Origin: Marsupella aquatica
Taxonomy: Eukaryota; Plantae; Marchantiophyta
Reading direction: 5' to 3'
Assembly: GCA_973895155.1 (NCBI GenBank)
Contig: OZ316894.1
Location: forward strand, 14,709,680 to 14,773,679
DNA length: 64,000 nucleotides
The position numbers and the translations under genes were made by a program. Below, piece by piece: positions 10,963 to 24,625 of the stretch. Each line of letters begins with the position of its first letter. Position 1 is the first letter of the stretch. Below the pieces are notes generated by a model. That model saw only the letters and a list, made by a program, of their open reading frames with translations. It ran no database searches and was not told the DNA's origin.

Positions 10963-11359
10963 CCTGATGATCTGAGCTGAGTTTCGTATGGAGACCTGAG
11001 TTAGGAGATGAACCACCGAAAAAACACTTTGTAAACCCAAACCCAAACTTCATATATTGTGAATAAATGAAATAAAATGATGAGTTTGGATTATTTTGAT
11101 GTGATGGTAATGATAAGATGCTATTGTGGTAAAAATGCTTAGTTGTTGTGGAGATGAAAATGATGCATTGAATTTAGTTGAAAGTGAAGGTTTAGCGTTT
11201 TAAATAAGAATAACTTAGTGTAGTTTCGTATTAAAAATGAAAACTGAGTAGGGTTAAGAAAGATTGAAACAACCTAAGAAAATACAATGATATATTCAAG
11301 TCCCTAAAAACATTAAAAGTCTACTTTTATACCGCTTTAAACTGGTCCCCGGACATAAG

Positions 11360-11377
11360 TGGTGACCATACTGGGGA
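11360..11377 (+). promoter_or_regulatory. Primer-binding site (resembles tRNA-Arg-type PBS)
   Basis: TGGTGACCATACTGGGGA, 4 nt after the LTR end. Confidence 0.7.
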
Positions 11378-14020
11378 ACTTGCGGAATCATTAGTTTTAG
11401 GGACATGTGTGGGAAAGGCCATTAGAAACTATTGAACGTGAGAAGAATAGGGGTCCGAGTGAGACGAAGCTAGAAAGGGAAAATGAAGATAAGACAAGAG
11501 TTAGAGAAGAGTGAGAGGAACGATCATTGAGGGCCATAGGTTTGTTTAGGGTTGAGAACTTAAGGGAGGCGAGCAGAAGGGCAGCCATGGGTCGAGGGAA
11601 TTAGAAATGAGAATAGATAATTAGGGTTGCTTAAAATGAATGATTGATTGAATGAAAGATTGATTGATTGATAGAGGGTGAACTAGGTTTCTTAATCTCT
11701 TGAGAGGCAGTTTGACAGTGGCAGCTCAAAGAGCTAAGAGGCTGATCAACTGTGAATGATTGGAAACAACTGATTTGTTGTGACCAAACATTCGAGGGAA
11801 GAGAGAGTGAAACCATAGTTTGAGGGTTATCGGCTCGTGTATGGATTCAAACACGAATCCTAATATAGAAAGTTTTTTCTGAGGCTTTCAGAAAAGAAGA
11901 GACTATGGAGGATATGATTAGGATGATGGCGGCTGCCATGCAGCTAATGAAGAGAGAGGATGCGGTTAGTGAACGTGATAGGAGAGAGAGAGGGAAAAAG
12001 TAGAAAGGAGAGAGAGAGACCAGGAGATGAGGGCATCGAGATGCCTTCAGGCAGTGCTCACAAATAAAGGTAGGTTTGATGGACGGGATGTCACCCGGTA
12101 TTTAGAAGAGTATAAGACACAAGTTGAGATACAATGGTGGATGAGGTTGTGGCAATCCAGAACTTTGTCACAGTTGTTGAGATGAGTTTGAAGGGGTCAG
12201 TTCAGGTTTTGGTTGATAAGTCGGTAGAGGATAGGACTTGGAGGGATTTTGAGCGACGGATGAAGGAGGAATTTCAGTTGGAGGATTCGAGTAGGGAAAC
12301 TCACACTTCCTTCCTGGATTGGGTTAACGAGAGAGAGAAGAGGCTTGAGCCGCAACAGTTACTTTGAGAGTTCACTCGAAGGATGAGCCAGCTCCCTTGG
12401 CATGATGCGAGAATTATTGAGCTCCAAAAGTCAGAGCTGTTTTTGAGAGCAGCAGGGGAGCAACTTAGGGACGAGCTAGAAAATGCCATGGATCTACTAG
12501 AACCCACTTGGGCGGAAGGACCAGCGGATTGGAGTCTGGTCAAGAGGGCAGTAATGAGAGTAAATGAGCGTAGGAGGAGATTGAAGAGAAAACGACAGAT
12601 ATAGAAGCCACAAGAGAGGTGGTAAGGAGGAGGGAGAGCGAGAGAGGAGGGAGAGTGAGAGAGAGGTCACCAGGGATGTAGTTGGGAGGAGGGAAGATGC
12701 TGAGAGGAGGGTGCAGGTGGAAGGGTCAGGCTCAAGGTCGAGCACGACTGACCTAGAGAAAATTGCAGAAGGGATAAGGCTTTTAACCTCCCATGTAATA
12801 GAGCAGAGGTCTCAGAGAACTGAGATTCCAAGAAGGGAACCAGCTGAGAGGAGGCCAAATGCTTTGTGTATGTGGTGTGATTCGAAGGATCACACCAGAA
12901 ATGAGTGTAGGGAGTTGACAGAGGCCCTAAGAGAACAATGGGTCAAGTTTGTAGGGGAACCAAGGAAGAAAAGACTAGCATACTTTGAAGATGGAGAAGG
13001 GGTTCCATTAAACTTTGGGAAGGGAGGGATGAAGGTGCTTGTTGAAAAGCATAGAGGGAAGGCAAAGGTTGGGGCAATGATGTATGAACCTAGGGTTTAT
13101 GTAGCTGAACGAGATAGGGTAGAGGCGAGTGGTGGTACCAGGTCTAGTTTTGATGAGGTGAGTGAGAAGAGATATGTTGAGTATTTGCGGAGGGAAACTG
13201 GTTGGAAAGCACCAGTTTTTGTGAACTCTATTCAGCAAGGGAAGGGTAGTTCCGAGGTAACAGTAGAGGTGAAACAAAGGGATTCGAGAGAATCATTTAG
13301 TAGTAAAGAGGGGGAAAAGAAAGAAGGAGAGTCAGGAGAGATTAAGAGAGAAGAACCAGGGACAAGTTCTAGGGTAGAGCAAAAGGGGAGAGGGAAGGTA
13401 GGAGGGAAGAAACCAGGATGGGTATTAGGGAGGGAAATTGAATGGGAGGTTGACTTTAGTGCGGTTGGTGCCAAATTTTGGAATCAAGAGGTGAGAGGTC
13501 TAACAAACAAGGAAGTAATAGGGTGTACGCAGAGAGATGTGCAAGATGTTATCTTGACGCAGGTCAAGAGAAAACGCATCCTAAAGGAAGGGCCGCAAGG
13601 GGTGGCATGTACCTTGGCAGAAGAAGGGAGTTTTGACTTGGAGGAAAAAGGGGAAGATAGAGTGATGCCATTTGTGGGTAAAGTGAGTGGGGAACGAGAG
13701 GGCTTTGAGAGAGGAGAATCCTCGAGTCAAGAGCAGGTGGGGGTGGAGGTTATGAAGGCAGACGAGAGAGAGAGAGAGCTTTAGCTTGGTGCTCGATAGC
13801 CATGGATGTTAGGAAAATGCATTGGGCACGGGGGTGTAGTGAGTGCAAGGTGGAGTTAGATAGAATTAAGAGTCCCGTGAGAGCATTTTTAGATTCAGGT
13901 TCTGAAGTGAATATTATTTCGATGCGCATTTATGAGGAGGGACAGTGGGCAGTAGACCGACATAGTGGATGGGGAGTTAGATCTGTTAGTGCAGACAAGA
14001 ACAGTTTCTGGGGAGCTTGT

Positions 14021-14654
14021 GGTAATGGTAATGGTAATGGTAATGTATTATAAGCTCCGGGACCATGAAAGTCAAAGGAGCTGCCACAAAAAGTAAAGTA
14101 CAATGCAATCAAAGAAAAGAGCAACCAAAAGAGATTGCTCAGAAGAGGACAACTATGTCCTCAAAGAAACTATGGACCTAGAGAGCCCTGAAAGATTTTC
14201 CAAACCTATTCTCCTTTCCCTATCCACCGCAAAGATATATCTTCCAAGTTGCTGAGGGGGCAGACCAAACAATGCATACAAATCTTTCACCAAGATTTGA
14301 GATGCCATCCTAACCCCCTCATAAAACTTGTATTCATTCTCTATACTAGAGCTATCACATAGTTGACAAACCCTCTTTTTCCTGTCAATATCCTTCCATC
14401 TCCCTTGTTCTACTTCAAGGTGGTGTGAGCTTAGTCTATACTGAGCAATAAGTTGTCTAAGTTGTACTGAGATAGTGCTAGATAAGTATTCTTGTTCTCG
14501 ATATTTCTTCATGGGGTTCACATCTCTCATGTAGTATTGCTGCCGTGGGCTAGGTTCATGCCAAAGTTTGTGCAAAGCCTTTTGCTCAAGTTTTGCTCTT
14601 AGCTTGGTTGGGTGTGTTGGCCATTCATGTTCAGGAAAATCCCAAGCATGGGCC
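14021..14654 (-). mobile_element. 5'-truncated LINE family A in the Gypsy protease
   Basis: (GGTAAT)4 tail; 18-nt deletion in the zinc motif; no TSD seen. Confidence 0.9.
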
Positions 14655-14696
14655 TGGAGTTAAGCTCTGAATTGGGGACATTGTGGACCCAATGAA

Positions 14697-14906
14697 TGTA
14701 TATCATGGCAGTGGATAGGAAATGATGTGATAGCATTACACATTAGTGACTCTTAAGGTCCTTAGTTTGTTATTAGTGAGGATGTAGAGATCCTCACATG
14801 AGCATTTGACTCATTTCTTTGCTTTGTATTTGGCTTTTTTGCCACAGCTCCCTTGACTCATTGGGTCGTCGTGGAGCTTAGAATTTGACTTTGACTTTGA
14901 CTTTGA
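14697..14906 (+). mobile_element. 3' fragment of LINE family B with (TTTGAC)n tail
   Basis: Reverse complement of ~25024-25235. Confidence 0.9.
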
Positions 14907-17900
14907 TTTTAGGACAGCCATTATCACTGAGATGAGGATGGCGACACAGGTATTAGATGATGGGACGCATGTGGCCTTGATCCGGAGTAGAGATGGATCT
15001 AAGATGATTCAGTTTCCAACAGTACAAGCTGCCCATCCTAGAAATCGTATAGAGTTACGGGAAGGGAAGAAGAATGAAGGGAAATTTGAGGATTTTGACT
15101 AGGCGCCTTGGATAGGGAGACGACTGAACAAGGCGCCGTGGCAGGGAAATCGTCCACATTAGGGGAATTAGAGAGGTTTTTAATTTCATCCTTTGTTGGA
15201 TTTGGATTTGAGAGAGTTATAGTCCACATTAAGAGGGAGGAATGTTGTAGAAGGATTGTGCGTGGGTTATGTAGAGAGGAAGCCAAGTTAGATAGGGAAT
15301 TAGGGATAGGACCAGGTGAGTGTCTAGAGGGCTATTGATGAGTTTGGGATAGGGGAGACAGTTGAGCAAACTTTGGAACTGATGGGGAGAGGAGTGAGTG
15401 AAATTGAAATTGGGAAGGATTTGTATGGAGTGATTAGCAGTTTTGTGGGGAGTCAAATTAATGTGGATACAAAGTATAAGACAGTTGACAAGAAGGTGAG
15501 ACCCACAGTTGTACATTTGTCCTTAGATGCTCGAGGGTTGATAGAGAAAGCTAGAGAAGAACCTAGCTTGAGAGACCCAAATGGGATTGGGCATGGGTTC
15601 ACTGAGGAGACTCTTGATCAGATTAGAGTAGGAGACGATGGGTTACTTTGGGACGTAGAGAAAGAGAGGTTTAAGGAGATGATTAGTAGACATGGGAAAG
15701 CCTTTTCCTTTAATTTAGATGAAATTGGTTGTGTTAACCCAAGAGAGGTAACCCCAATGATGATTTTTATAGTACCACATATTCCATGGGATTTGAGACC
15801 ACTTCCGGTTCCACGAGCCCTAATGCCAAAGCTTATGGAATTACTTAAATAGAGGTTGAAGGCCAAGATTCTAGAGCAATCTGAAGCCCCATACTCTAAT
15901 CGGTGGTTAACTGTTAAAAAGAAAACTGGGAAATTGCGTTTCATCCAAAATATGCAACCACTTAATAGGGTTACAATTAGGAATGTTGGTACTAGACCGG
16001 TTGTAGATGAGTTTGCAGAAGAGTTTGTTGGTAGAGCGATTTACTTGATAGGAGACCTTTACTCTGGTTATGATCAATTCCAGTTGTCTGAGTGTAGTCG
16101 AGACATAACAACGATGCGGACACCATTGGGATTGGTCAAGATGTGTACTTTGCCGCAAGGTGCTACAAACTCGGTAGCACACATGCAAAACGCCATGAAT
16201 ATGATTCTGCAACGTTTTATTCCTGACAAGACCCGACCCTTCCTTGATGACATCCTATTAAAGGATGTTTAGAACTAAAGAAAGATGAGACGGTACGAGA
16301 GGATGGGATAAGGAATTTTGTTTGGGATCATATGCAGGATGTTGAGGCAATTTTGCAGCGCATGATAGAGGCTAGAGTAATGCTTTCAGGAGAGAAATCT
16401 GCATTTGGGTTAAAAGAAGTAATGGTAGTGGGACAACATTGTGGGACTTATGGACGAAGTCCTAGTGTAGAGAAAGTCAATGCTATTAGTAAGTTAGGAG
16501 ATTGTACTTCGCCTACAGAGGTCAGGAGATTTTTAGGAGCTTGTATTTTTATCGTATTTGGATTCCTCATTTTGCCCATACCGCCAAGCCTTTGTATGAG
16601 TTGTTGAGAAAAGGGCGCAGGTTTTTCTGGACAGAAAGACACACGGAGGCGATGACAAGATTGAAGAAAGCTTTGCTGAGCCCGCCTGTACTACGACCAT
16701 TGGACTACACTTGCGGAAGGCCGATCATTGTCACGGTTGATTCGAGTCCCATAGCTGTTGGGTGGGCTGTTGGACAGGATGATGGAGAAGGCCGACGGTT
16801 TGCTACACATTTTGGGGCAAAGATTTTTACAGAGTGACAGAGGCGATACCCACAGATTAAGAGAGAGTTGTGGGGAGCTAAGTCATCACTTCGACAGGAG
16901 AAGGATTACCTAATAGGGGCATATGTGATACTTGAGACTGATTGTCAGCCACTTTTTGGGGATGATTGCGAACTGTGATACGCCAGACATTGCGATGCTG
17001 AGATGGATTGCATTTATTCGGATGATTAACTCGGAGTTGAGACACATTGCAGGGAAAGATAATCCTGTTGCGGATATGCTTTTGAGAGCAAGATTTGAGG
17101 GTGGTTTTGGAGAGGAGGAGAGCGTAGATGTACATAGTACTGAAACATTGGAGGTTGAGAAGGTAGAATTTAAGGAGGAGCTCTACTCAGGCGAGCTGCT
17201 TACTCTTGGGAGATATTTGAGCACACTGGAGAGAAGAGCTAAATGGACACAAGACAAATTTGAGAGAATCCGGAGGAAGGCTTTTGGATACCTACTACGA
17301 AACGGACTTATGTGGTGCCAACCCAAGACACGAGGAGGAATTCCATTAAGGGTCATTGGTGATAATGAGTCTAAGTTACGAGTCTTGAGAGAGTGTCATG
17401 ACGATGAGTCAGCAGGACATAGAGGGGTCCAAGCAACATATGAGAGGGTCAAGGGCTTATATTGGTGGCCGAGTTGTTATACAGAGGTTCGAGAGTATGT
17501 TGAGAGTTGTCCGGTTTGTCAATATTATTCAAAAGTCAAGCATCGAGATGGTCTTTGTCCTACTTATCCTTTACCGATGAGGTTACAATGGGTCCTAGAT
17601 GTTGACTATATGCCGAGAGAGGTTTAAAGTTTTTGGTTTTGTCGAGAGAAGAGTTGTCATCTTATGTCGAGGGTCGAGCGTTACCATTGAATAAGACTGA
17701 GTTTATTTGTAGGTTTATTTTGGAAGATATGATAGCAAGGCACAAATGTTTGATCGGTTGAGAGCTGACAGGAGAGAACTCAACACGGAGGAAGCCGATC
17801 TTTTTTTTAGGACGTTCCATATTAGATTGAGTCTTACTTGTGCGTATAACCCGGAGGGGAACGGGAAGAGTGAGAGAGGACACCCACCAATTGTTAATGC

Positions 17901-18999
17901 ACTAGTCAAGTCATGTTGAGGGAGGTTCAGAGAGTGGCCAGATTATTTACCACTTGCCTTGATGGCGGACAGACTGACGTGTAGTTCAGTCACAGGATCT
18001 GCGCCAGCGGAGTTGATGATGGGACATTTGCCCTTGATGCCGATTGAGGAGGACGTGAAGAGCTGGAGAACGATTGGATGGAGAGACCACGTCAATTGTG
18101 AGGAGTTACTTGCTACCAGGATTGACCATTTGAATCAGACACCTGAGAAGGTTCAAGAGGCATTGGAGAAGATGAGGGTGGCGCGCATAAGGAACAAGGA
18201 CTACTTCAACCGGAAACATTGAATTCAACCACGAGCGATTGAGGAGGGTGATTGGGTGCTTATTTATGAGAGCAACCTTGAGAATCAGCATTCTACAGAG
18301 AAGAAGTTTGCGCAGAGGTGGCGAGGACTGTTTGTAGTGACAAGAATTCATCCCAATGCCACTTACTCCATTCAAGAACTTGACGGGACAGAACATCATG
18401 GAAGGTACGCCGGCAAGAGAGTGACGATTTTCAAGCAAAGGCAACAGGGATTGGAGGACACCTTGGAGGATTCTGATCGTGAACATGGAGAAGATGCAGT
18501 TCGAGAGAGCGACATTCATGGCGAAGAAAATGATTTTTTAAGCTTGCTTGTTTTGTTCATCTTATTTTATAGGGATCTGGATTTGAAATTGAAAGGAGTA
18601 GAAAAGAGAGATAAAATTAGAAATTTATTGGTATGATAGTCTAGTTGAGAGTTAAGGAACTTATTTCAATTTAAAATTTTGGTTTTAGAGTTTTCCTATG
18701 ATATGAGTTTTGGTGAAAGAATGTTTTTGCCTTTAGAATTGATGAGAGAATTTTGTCTTAGGCTTATGTTATGATAAAGAGGGTTAATTTTGCTCATTTT
18801 TTATAGATTCATTTGAAGTACCATTATTGGTAAGGGAAGATTATTTCAGGTTGACCATAGCTCGGCTTGAGGTTTACACGACTCAGTTCAGCTCAGCTCA
18901 GCTCAACTCACTCAGGCTCATGGATCAAGTAATTTGTGATGGGACTCCAGTGATGATGGTGGTGTAGGCCGGAGGCTACATAGGTTCGATGGGGGTGAA

Positions 19000-21800
19000 T
19001 GTCGTCGGGAAAAATGTTTGACAATTGAAGTGGAGTGTGCTGGATCTAGTCAACTTGCTTTGTCCGGCTCAGAATGTAGTAGTACTCTGATTGCGAAGGA
19101 AAGGAACAAAGAGCGGGACAAAGAGAAACCTGAACTTGAGTTGAAGGTTAGTGAGACAAAAGAGGAATAAAGAGTGGAGAATGAATCTTAGACTAAAAGT
19201 AAATAGGGCAATTATTGTGGTTGAGACACATGGCATCCCGTGAGCACGTCTCATAAGGGTCAGTTTGAAGTGGAGCGCGATACAAGGAGGAACGGGAGGA
19301 AGGAGAAACGGCCAAAGGAATAAGGGGCAGTTAGAGGGATTCTCGGGTTGGAATGGAGGTGAAGAGGTTGAATTCGATGAACTGAATGAGGTATGTACTC
19401 ACGCGAAGGAAGAAAGAAAGAGGAATGAACTGAGAGAGGAATGTCGCGCGTGAGTTTGTGAGTAGGAATTGGGGAAGAACCGATTTCGTTGAATATGTTT
19501 GCTGGATTTACCCCGGAGAGTTTGTGGGAATTAAAGTTCCAAGGAGAAGCCGAGCGCGATTAAGAGAGTCGGGGAGAGGAAAGAAAAGGATTGAACGGAA
19601 AGGAGTGCCACGGGAAAAGCAAGGAACTCGATCGAAGAGCTATGGAGAAAGAGGAGAGTACATACCGGTGAGCGAGGTGGATGAGGTTAAGGTCCGTGTT
19701 GAAAATCAAAGGCCATTGTGATGGATGGATGATTTCTTTCAAGAAGATAAGTCAAACATTGAAACAAGGAAGAGTAGAGACTGGACGTAGAATGGGAAAA
19801 CGAGAGGGAGCGATACAGGGAAAGGCTGATTTTTCAGGGATGACACTGAAAGAAGTCTGAGTTCGGGTATCGCGGAGACAGGAAACAGGTAAACATAATT
19901 TTTTTTTCCTGTTTTTAAAATGCTGTTACCAGGAAAAAATCACTGTTACCAAGAAAAATGACAATTTAAAAATATCTCCTAAAACATGTTATTTCCAAAA
20001 ACAATTAACAATGCAACATTTTTGGCTAGTTTTGGGCGCTACTATTAGCAGCGCCGGGCGCTAGCCAAAAAACCTGATCGACCGGAAAAAAAACTAATTT
20101 AAAAAAAATCGAAAAAAAATTTCCACCCATTTTCCTGTTACCAGTTTTTTTTCCTGTTACCAGTTTCTGTTATTAAATCATGTTTCCTGTTTGCTGTGTT
20201 TTGTAAACACCTCCTGAGTTCAGGAGAAGTTTGAGAAGAGAAGGGCGTTGTTGTAGTTGATTGTGTGAAGAAAGAGATTGAGAGTATCGAAGAGTTGAGA
20301 AATAAAGGAAAACTGAGAGCTGTCGAGGGAAGTTGAGCGCTATGGTGGACTCAAGCGGTACTTGAGAAGGCTAAAGAGGATCTGTGAGTAGTTCCCAAAA
20401 ATGTTTGGGAATTTTGAATGTAGAAGCTAATGAGGATCGGAAGACGAAGGAGTTTCTGAGAACTAAAAGCTGAATTAAGAGAAAGCTTGAATGGGAACAG
20501 CAAACTAATGGAAATGAAGAAGAATGAATAAGAGGAACGGCTGATTTAAGAGAAAACAAATGGGAACTTGAGCGGATCGCCATGTGTTCGAACAGGTTTG
20601 ACTGGAGCTGAGTGAAAAGGATGAAGCGCCTCGGGCTAAGGTTCGCAGATTTGTAATGAGAAGATTGAATTAACCAGTGCCATGAGGGAAAAGCGAGAAG
20701 AAGTTTGGGGAGAAAGCGCTGCAAAACAACAGCAAAGACTGAGAATGAATTATAGGGAGTCGGTATTCTAACAGCCAAGTTTGGAGGAGGATTCAGTCAA
20801 AGCAGACGAGATGATGTGAACGCAAGCCCAGAGAATGAAAAGGGATAGAATTGAGGAAGGAAGGAAGGAAGAGAATCTTTGTTCATTTTGCAAAAGATGA
20901 AGTTTAGTGAATGAGCTAGAATAGGAACGGCCAGAACTTGGAAGAATTTGGAGGAAGGCAAATTCTAGTACTAGAAAAGCAAGAAGTAAGAGCAACATTT
21001 TCATGAAAATAATCAGGGAGTTCCGATTGGAAGTATGGGTTACATCTGTTTTTTTGCATTTGAAGTTTTGGAGATTTGAAGGAACCTACAAGTTGATTAT
21101 GCTGCATTCTTTTACCGAGTGGAATCCAGTAATTGGTTCAGTGTTTAAACTAGGGATTGTACGCTGCTGTTTAACTTAGGAGGAACTAGAAAGAAGAGCT
21201 TGATAGAGAGGATTTTGGAGATATGGTTTTTGAGGTTATCGGCCGTAGGTTCTTTTTGTTGTGGGACTGGAAACTCGAGGAGAGGAGGAAAAAGGGTCAA
21301 GAGGAAGAGTGTAAGAAGAACAACGACATGAAGGAAGCTCGACGGAGACTAAAATTGTGTTCAAAATGCTTGGGGGAAACCATCGATGAGCTTGAGGCCG
21401 AGACCTGACCTGATGATCTGAGCTGAGTTTAGTATGGAGACCTGAGTTAGGAGATGAGCCACCGAAAAAACACTTTGTAAACCCAAACCGAAACTTCATA
21501 TATTGTGAATAAATAAAATAAAATGATGAGTTTGGATTATTTTGATGTGATGGTAATGATAAGATGCTATTGTGGTAAAAATGCTTAGTTGTTGTGGAGA
21601 TGAAATGATGCGTTGAATTTAGTTGAAAGTGAAGGTTTAGCGTTTTAAATAAGAATAACTTAGTGTAATTTTGTATTAAAAATGAAAACTGAGTAGGGTT
21701 AAGAAAGATTGAAACAACCTAAGAAAATACAATGATATATTCAAGTCCCTAAAAACATTAAAAGTCTACTTTTATACCGCTTTAAACTGGTCCCCGGACA
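19000..21800 (+). repeat. 3' LTR (contains MITE 19865-20213), preceded by PPT GGGGGTGAA
   Basis: TGTCGTCGGGAAAAATG...GTCCCCGGACA. Confidence 0.95.
19865..20213. mobile_element. MITE of the GGG/CCTC family
   Basis: Perfect 8-bp TSD CTGAGTTC; ends GGGTATCG...AACACCTC; empty site in the 5' LTR. Confidence 0.9.
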
Positions 21801-23063
21801 CCGTAAGCACTCGACCATCATAGCAATCCACTCCTCTCCATAGTTGTTGAAGCTCCTCCAACAATGGTTGCAAGTAAACATTAATCTTTTTTACTTGCTT
21901 GGGGTCTAGGATAATCATTGAGAGCAGCAAATGACCCTTCTTCATGGCCATCCATGGAGGGATGTTGTAATTTGTAAGGACTACTGGTCAAATTGAGTAT
22001 GGTTGGGCCTTCCCTGCCAATGCAAAGGGGCTGATCCCATCTGATGCCAAACCTAGATGTACATGAGGTGGATCTGTCTTGAAGTCACCCCATCGGTCCT
22101 CCACAAACCTATTGGCAGGTGAGTCCATCATCATATGCATGGTGGGCGGATCTGAAGTCATATCTGACCGGTTCTTGGAATGCCACACCATATACTCAGC
22201 CAACTTCGCACATTGGTACTGGTGCTGTAATCTGGGGATAAGAGGAAAATACCTCATGACCTTCTGTGCTACTTTTCCAGTGAGCATGTCCTCTCAATAC
22301 CTCGGTTGGTCACATGTAGGACATGTAGTGGCATCTTTGTGTTCCCCCCTAAAGAGAACACAATCATTCACACAAGCATGTATGACTTCGTATTTGAGAC
22401 CTATGGATTTCAACACCATTTTTGTTGCTTTCCAGGAACTAGGCAAGCAGTTCCCTTTTGGCAAAATCCGACGAGGAAATTTTTTTATCGACCAGTTTTT
22501 TTTGCTAGCGCCGGCGCTGCTAATACTAGCGCCCAAAGCTAACCAAAATTGTTGCATTGTTAATTTTTTTTGGAAATAACATGTTTTAGGATACATTTTT
22601 AAATTGTCATTTTTCCTGGTAACAACACATTAAAAATAAGAAAAAAAATTCCTGTTTACTTGTTTCCTGTCTCCGTCGCTATACCCCAAGTTCAACAATA
22701 ACATTATTCCTGATAGTCGAGACAGCTGTGACCCCTCAAAAATCCTTGTTTGTGCATGGTCATGAGCTTCCTCCCAATGTCTAGAGTGGGAACCTTGTGA
22801 AGGAATGTCATGATGAGCATGTGCTGTGGTGTCAAATGCATCACCCATACCATGGTCACCAACCTCTACGTCATAGAACTGGTGCATGAGATCATCCATG
22901 GCCCTCTCATCCTCAAGTTTGTCATTGTGGCATTAGATACTTGCTCAGGAGGGATATCTTCATTCGCTGAAGCTTGAGCCCTACGCCAATCTTCCATGGC
23001 CTCGACAAGGTGTTGTCGCATTGCTCGTGATAATACCCCTACATCTGGTTGTACATACGCATT
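21801..23063 (-). pseudogene. CACTA TnpD transposase, 5' half
   Basis: ILPKGNCLP..IHACVNDCVLFRG..CPTC; KVMRYFPLIPRL; HLGLASDGISPF; phase-0 acceptor TGCTAG at 23064. Confidence 0.9.
22473..22686. mobile_element. One-ended MITE of the GGG/CCTC family inside TnpD
   Basis: Palindrome core plus ...TCCTGTCTCCGTCGCTATACCC end; the other end and some TnpD codons appear deleted. Confidence 0.8.
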
Positions 23064-23617
23064 CTAGCAGTTCACAAACATACATAAATATTAGAAGAGG
23101 CCCACAATGAGACAAGTCTTTTAGGGTTTCCTTGGAAATGTTTTTACAATTTATTAGGATAAGGACCACGAAAACCCCGTGGCAAGGAAAGCAAAAAGAA
23201 TCACACCAAATCAGCAACCCCCAAACGGGAGGGCGGAGACAACAACAAGTGGCAGAGGCCTTGATAGACCAGGCCGCCCACCCAGGACCCGTGAACCCCA
23301 CATATCACCGGGTGCAGGCAAGGCTTGCTAACTACATGCCCCAATGTGTGGCATAGCCCTCAGCTAGATGTAAGCCAGATCTGCCGGCCGTTCAGCCAAG
23401 TTATTCTTTCTTGTATAAGTATCTCCTTCACCCAAAGAAATCTCGTGTGTTGCCTACTGGGGGGCAGACACAAGCCCACCGCCGATGCATGATCAGCCGC
23501 TTCTAAGAGAAAGTGTTTTGGGGTTTAGGATTTATTTATACAAAGAACCAAATTTGTTTGGATACCATTGTCATGTATTTTATGTTCAACAAAAGAGGTG
23601 GTATATACATGTCTGCC

Positions 23618-24526
23618 CTACACAGGGCGAGAAAGCAATGCTTTCTTGGGAGCATCCCACTCATAGTCACAAAACAACTCCTCGCCAGCCCTAATGGTTG
23701 TAATGGCTACAGTCATGACATGATCATCCATGTGTTTTACATAATAAGGCTCTCTAGGTGGACCAAATATTTGAATCCACTCGACATTAGTCCTAAGTCC
23801 TCTCCCTCTCCCACGAGTACTATTGATGTACCCGGCTATGTTGTCGGAGCGAACAGGGTCCCCATCAATCATCCGAGAATGCCAAGGCCTCCGTATGACC
23901 TCATCTAGATCAGAATCCATTTGCAATGCATAGACACCCCAAGATGGGTGTTGGCGCAATAGAATGTTCCAACTTTTTGAAGTGTATACGGGACCAATAT
24001 ATGGAAATAGGTGCTCCCCATCATAACCTCGAGGCCATGGCTTTGCAGGGACCAAAATGTCCTCCAAGGAAAATACGCCAAATCCTATGTCAGGACCGAT
24101 GGAGGATGCCTTCACTATCCATTGGTGACCCCATATGTGGAGTTTAGGGTTTAGGCCAGGGGGTATTTTGAATCTCTCAGATGAGAAATCCTTCAAGACT
24201 GCCAATGCCTTCCCAATGACATATGAAAGCCCCAACCTCCCTTTCACTTCCACATAGTCCTCTCCTGGCGGTACTCTATGAGTATGGTGCAGAACTTGGT
24301 CCTCGGTCTCATGCACACCCAAGGGTTCATAACAACGCCGTTGTCTTTGGGAATGTGCTTGGGTGCGACCAACCCTAGATGGAACTGGTATAGTCTCCGG
24401 ATCAACACAAGGGAGGCTACATCGAGGGGGATCTGATGATGCTGCTAACAACTCTCTTGCACCAGCCAAAAGTCTGTTTACCCATAAGTCATTAGAGACC
24501 ACTGGAGGAGGGGTCCTATGAGGCAC
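23618..24526 (-). CDS. SET-domain (lysine methyltransferase-like) exon inside the CACTA element
   Basis: SSIGPDIGFGVFS, FPYIG, IDG..NIAGYINST..NVEW, VAITTIRAGEELFCDY; uninterrupted 302 codons; AG acceptor at 24528-24527. Confidence 0.85.
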   Translation of the reverse strand: MPHRTPPPVVSNDLWVNRLLAGARELLAASSDPPRCSLPCVDPETIPVPSRVGRTQAHSQRQRRCYEPLGVHETEDQVLHHTHRVPPGEDYVEVKGRLGLSYVIGKALAVLKDFSSERFKIPPGLNPKLHIWGHQWIVKASSIGPDIGFGVFSLEDILVPAKPWPRGYDGEHLFPYIGPVYTSKSWNILLRQHPSWGVYALQMDSDLDEVIRRPWHSRMIDGDPVRSDNIAGYINSTRGRGRGLRTNVEWIQIFGPPREPYYVKHMDDHVMTVAITTIRAGEELFCDYEWDAPKKALLSRPV

Positions 24527-24625
24527 CTATTCAATCACAAAAAATACCAACAATTAATAAATGTATGGGTCCAATGTTACAACTTGTGCATATCAATGTC
24601 TCCAAGCGCAATAAATGATGCATAC

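Larger units (their letters stand above)
8601..11355 (+). repeat. 5' LTR (contains MITE 10097-10425)
   Basis: TGTCATCGGGAAAAATG...GTCCCCGGACA; collinear with 19000-21800. Confidence 0.95.
11905..18540 (+). pseudogene. Gypsy gag-pol, multiple stops/frameshifts, two LINE insertions in the protease
   Basis: CMWCDSKDHTRNEC knuckle; FLDSGSE protease; DLYSGYDQ/LPQG/FLDD RT; VTVDSS/NPVADMLL RNase H; GHRG..CPVC integrase. Confidence 0.92.
8601..21800 (+). mobile_element. Full-length Ty3/Gypsy LTR retrotransposon inserted in the TnpD gene, 4-bp TSD (CCAT/CCGT)
   Basis: Two TGTC...GGACA LTRs, PBS, PPT, gag-PR-RT-RH-INT order; removing the element plus 4 bp restores the TnpD frame (VLT-GGLPREF). Confidence 0.95.
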
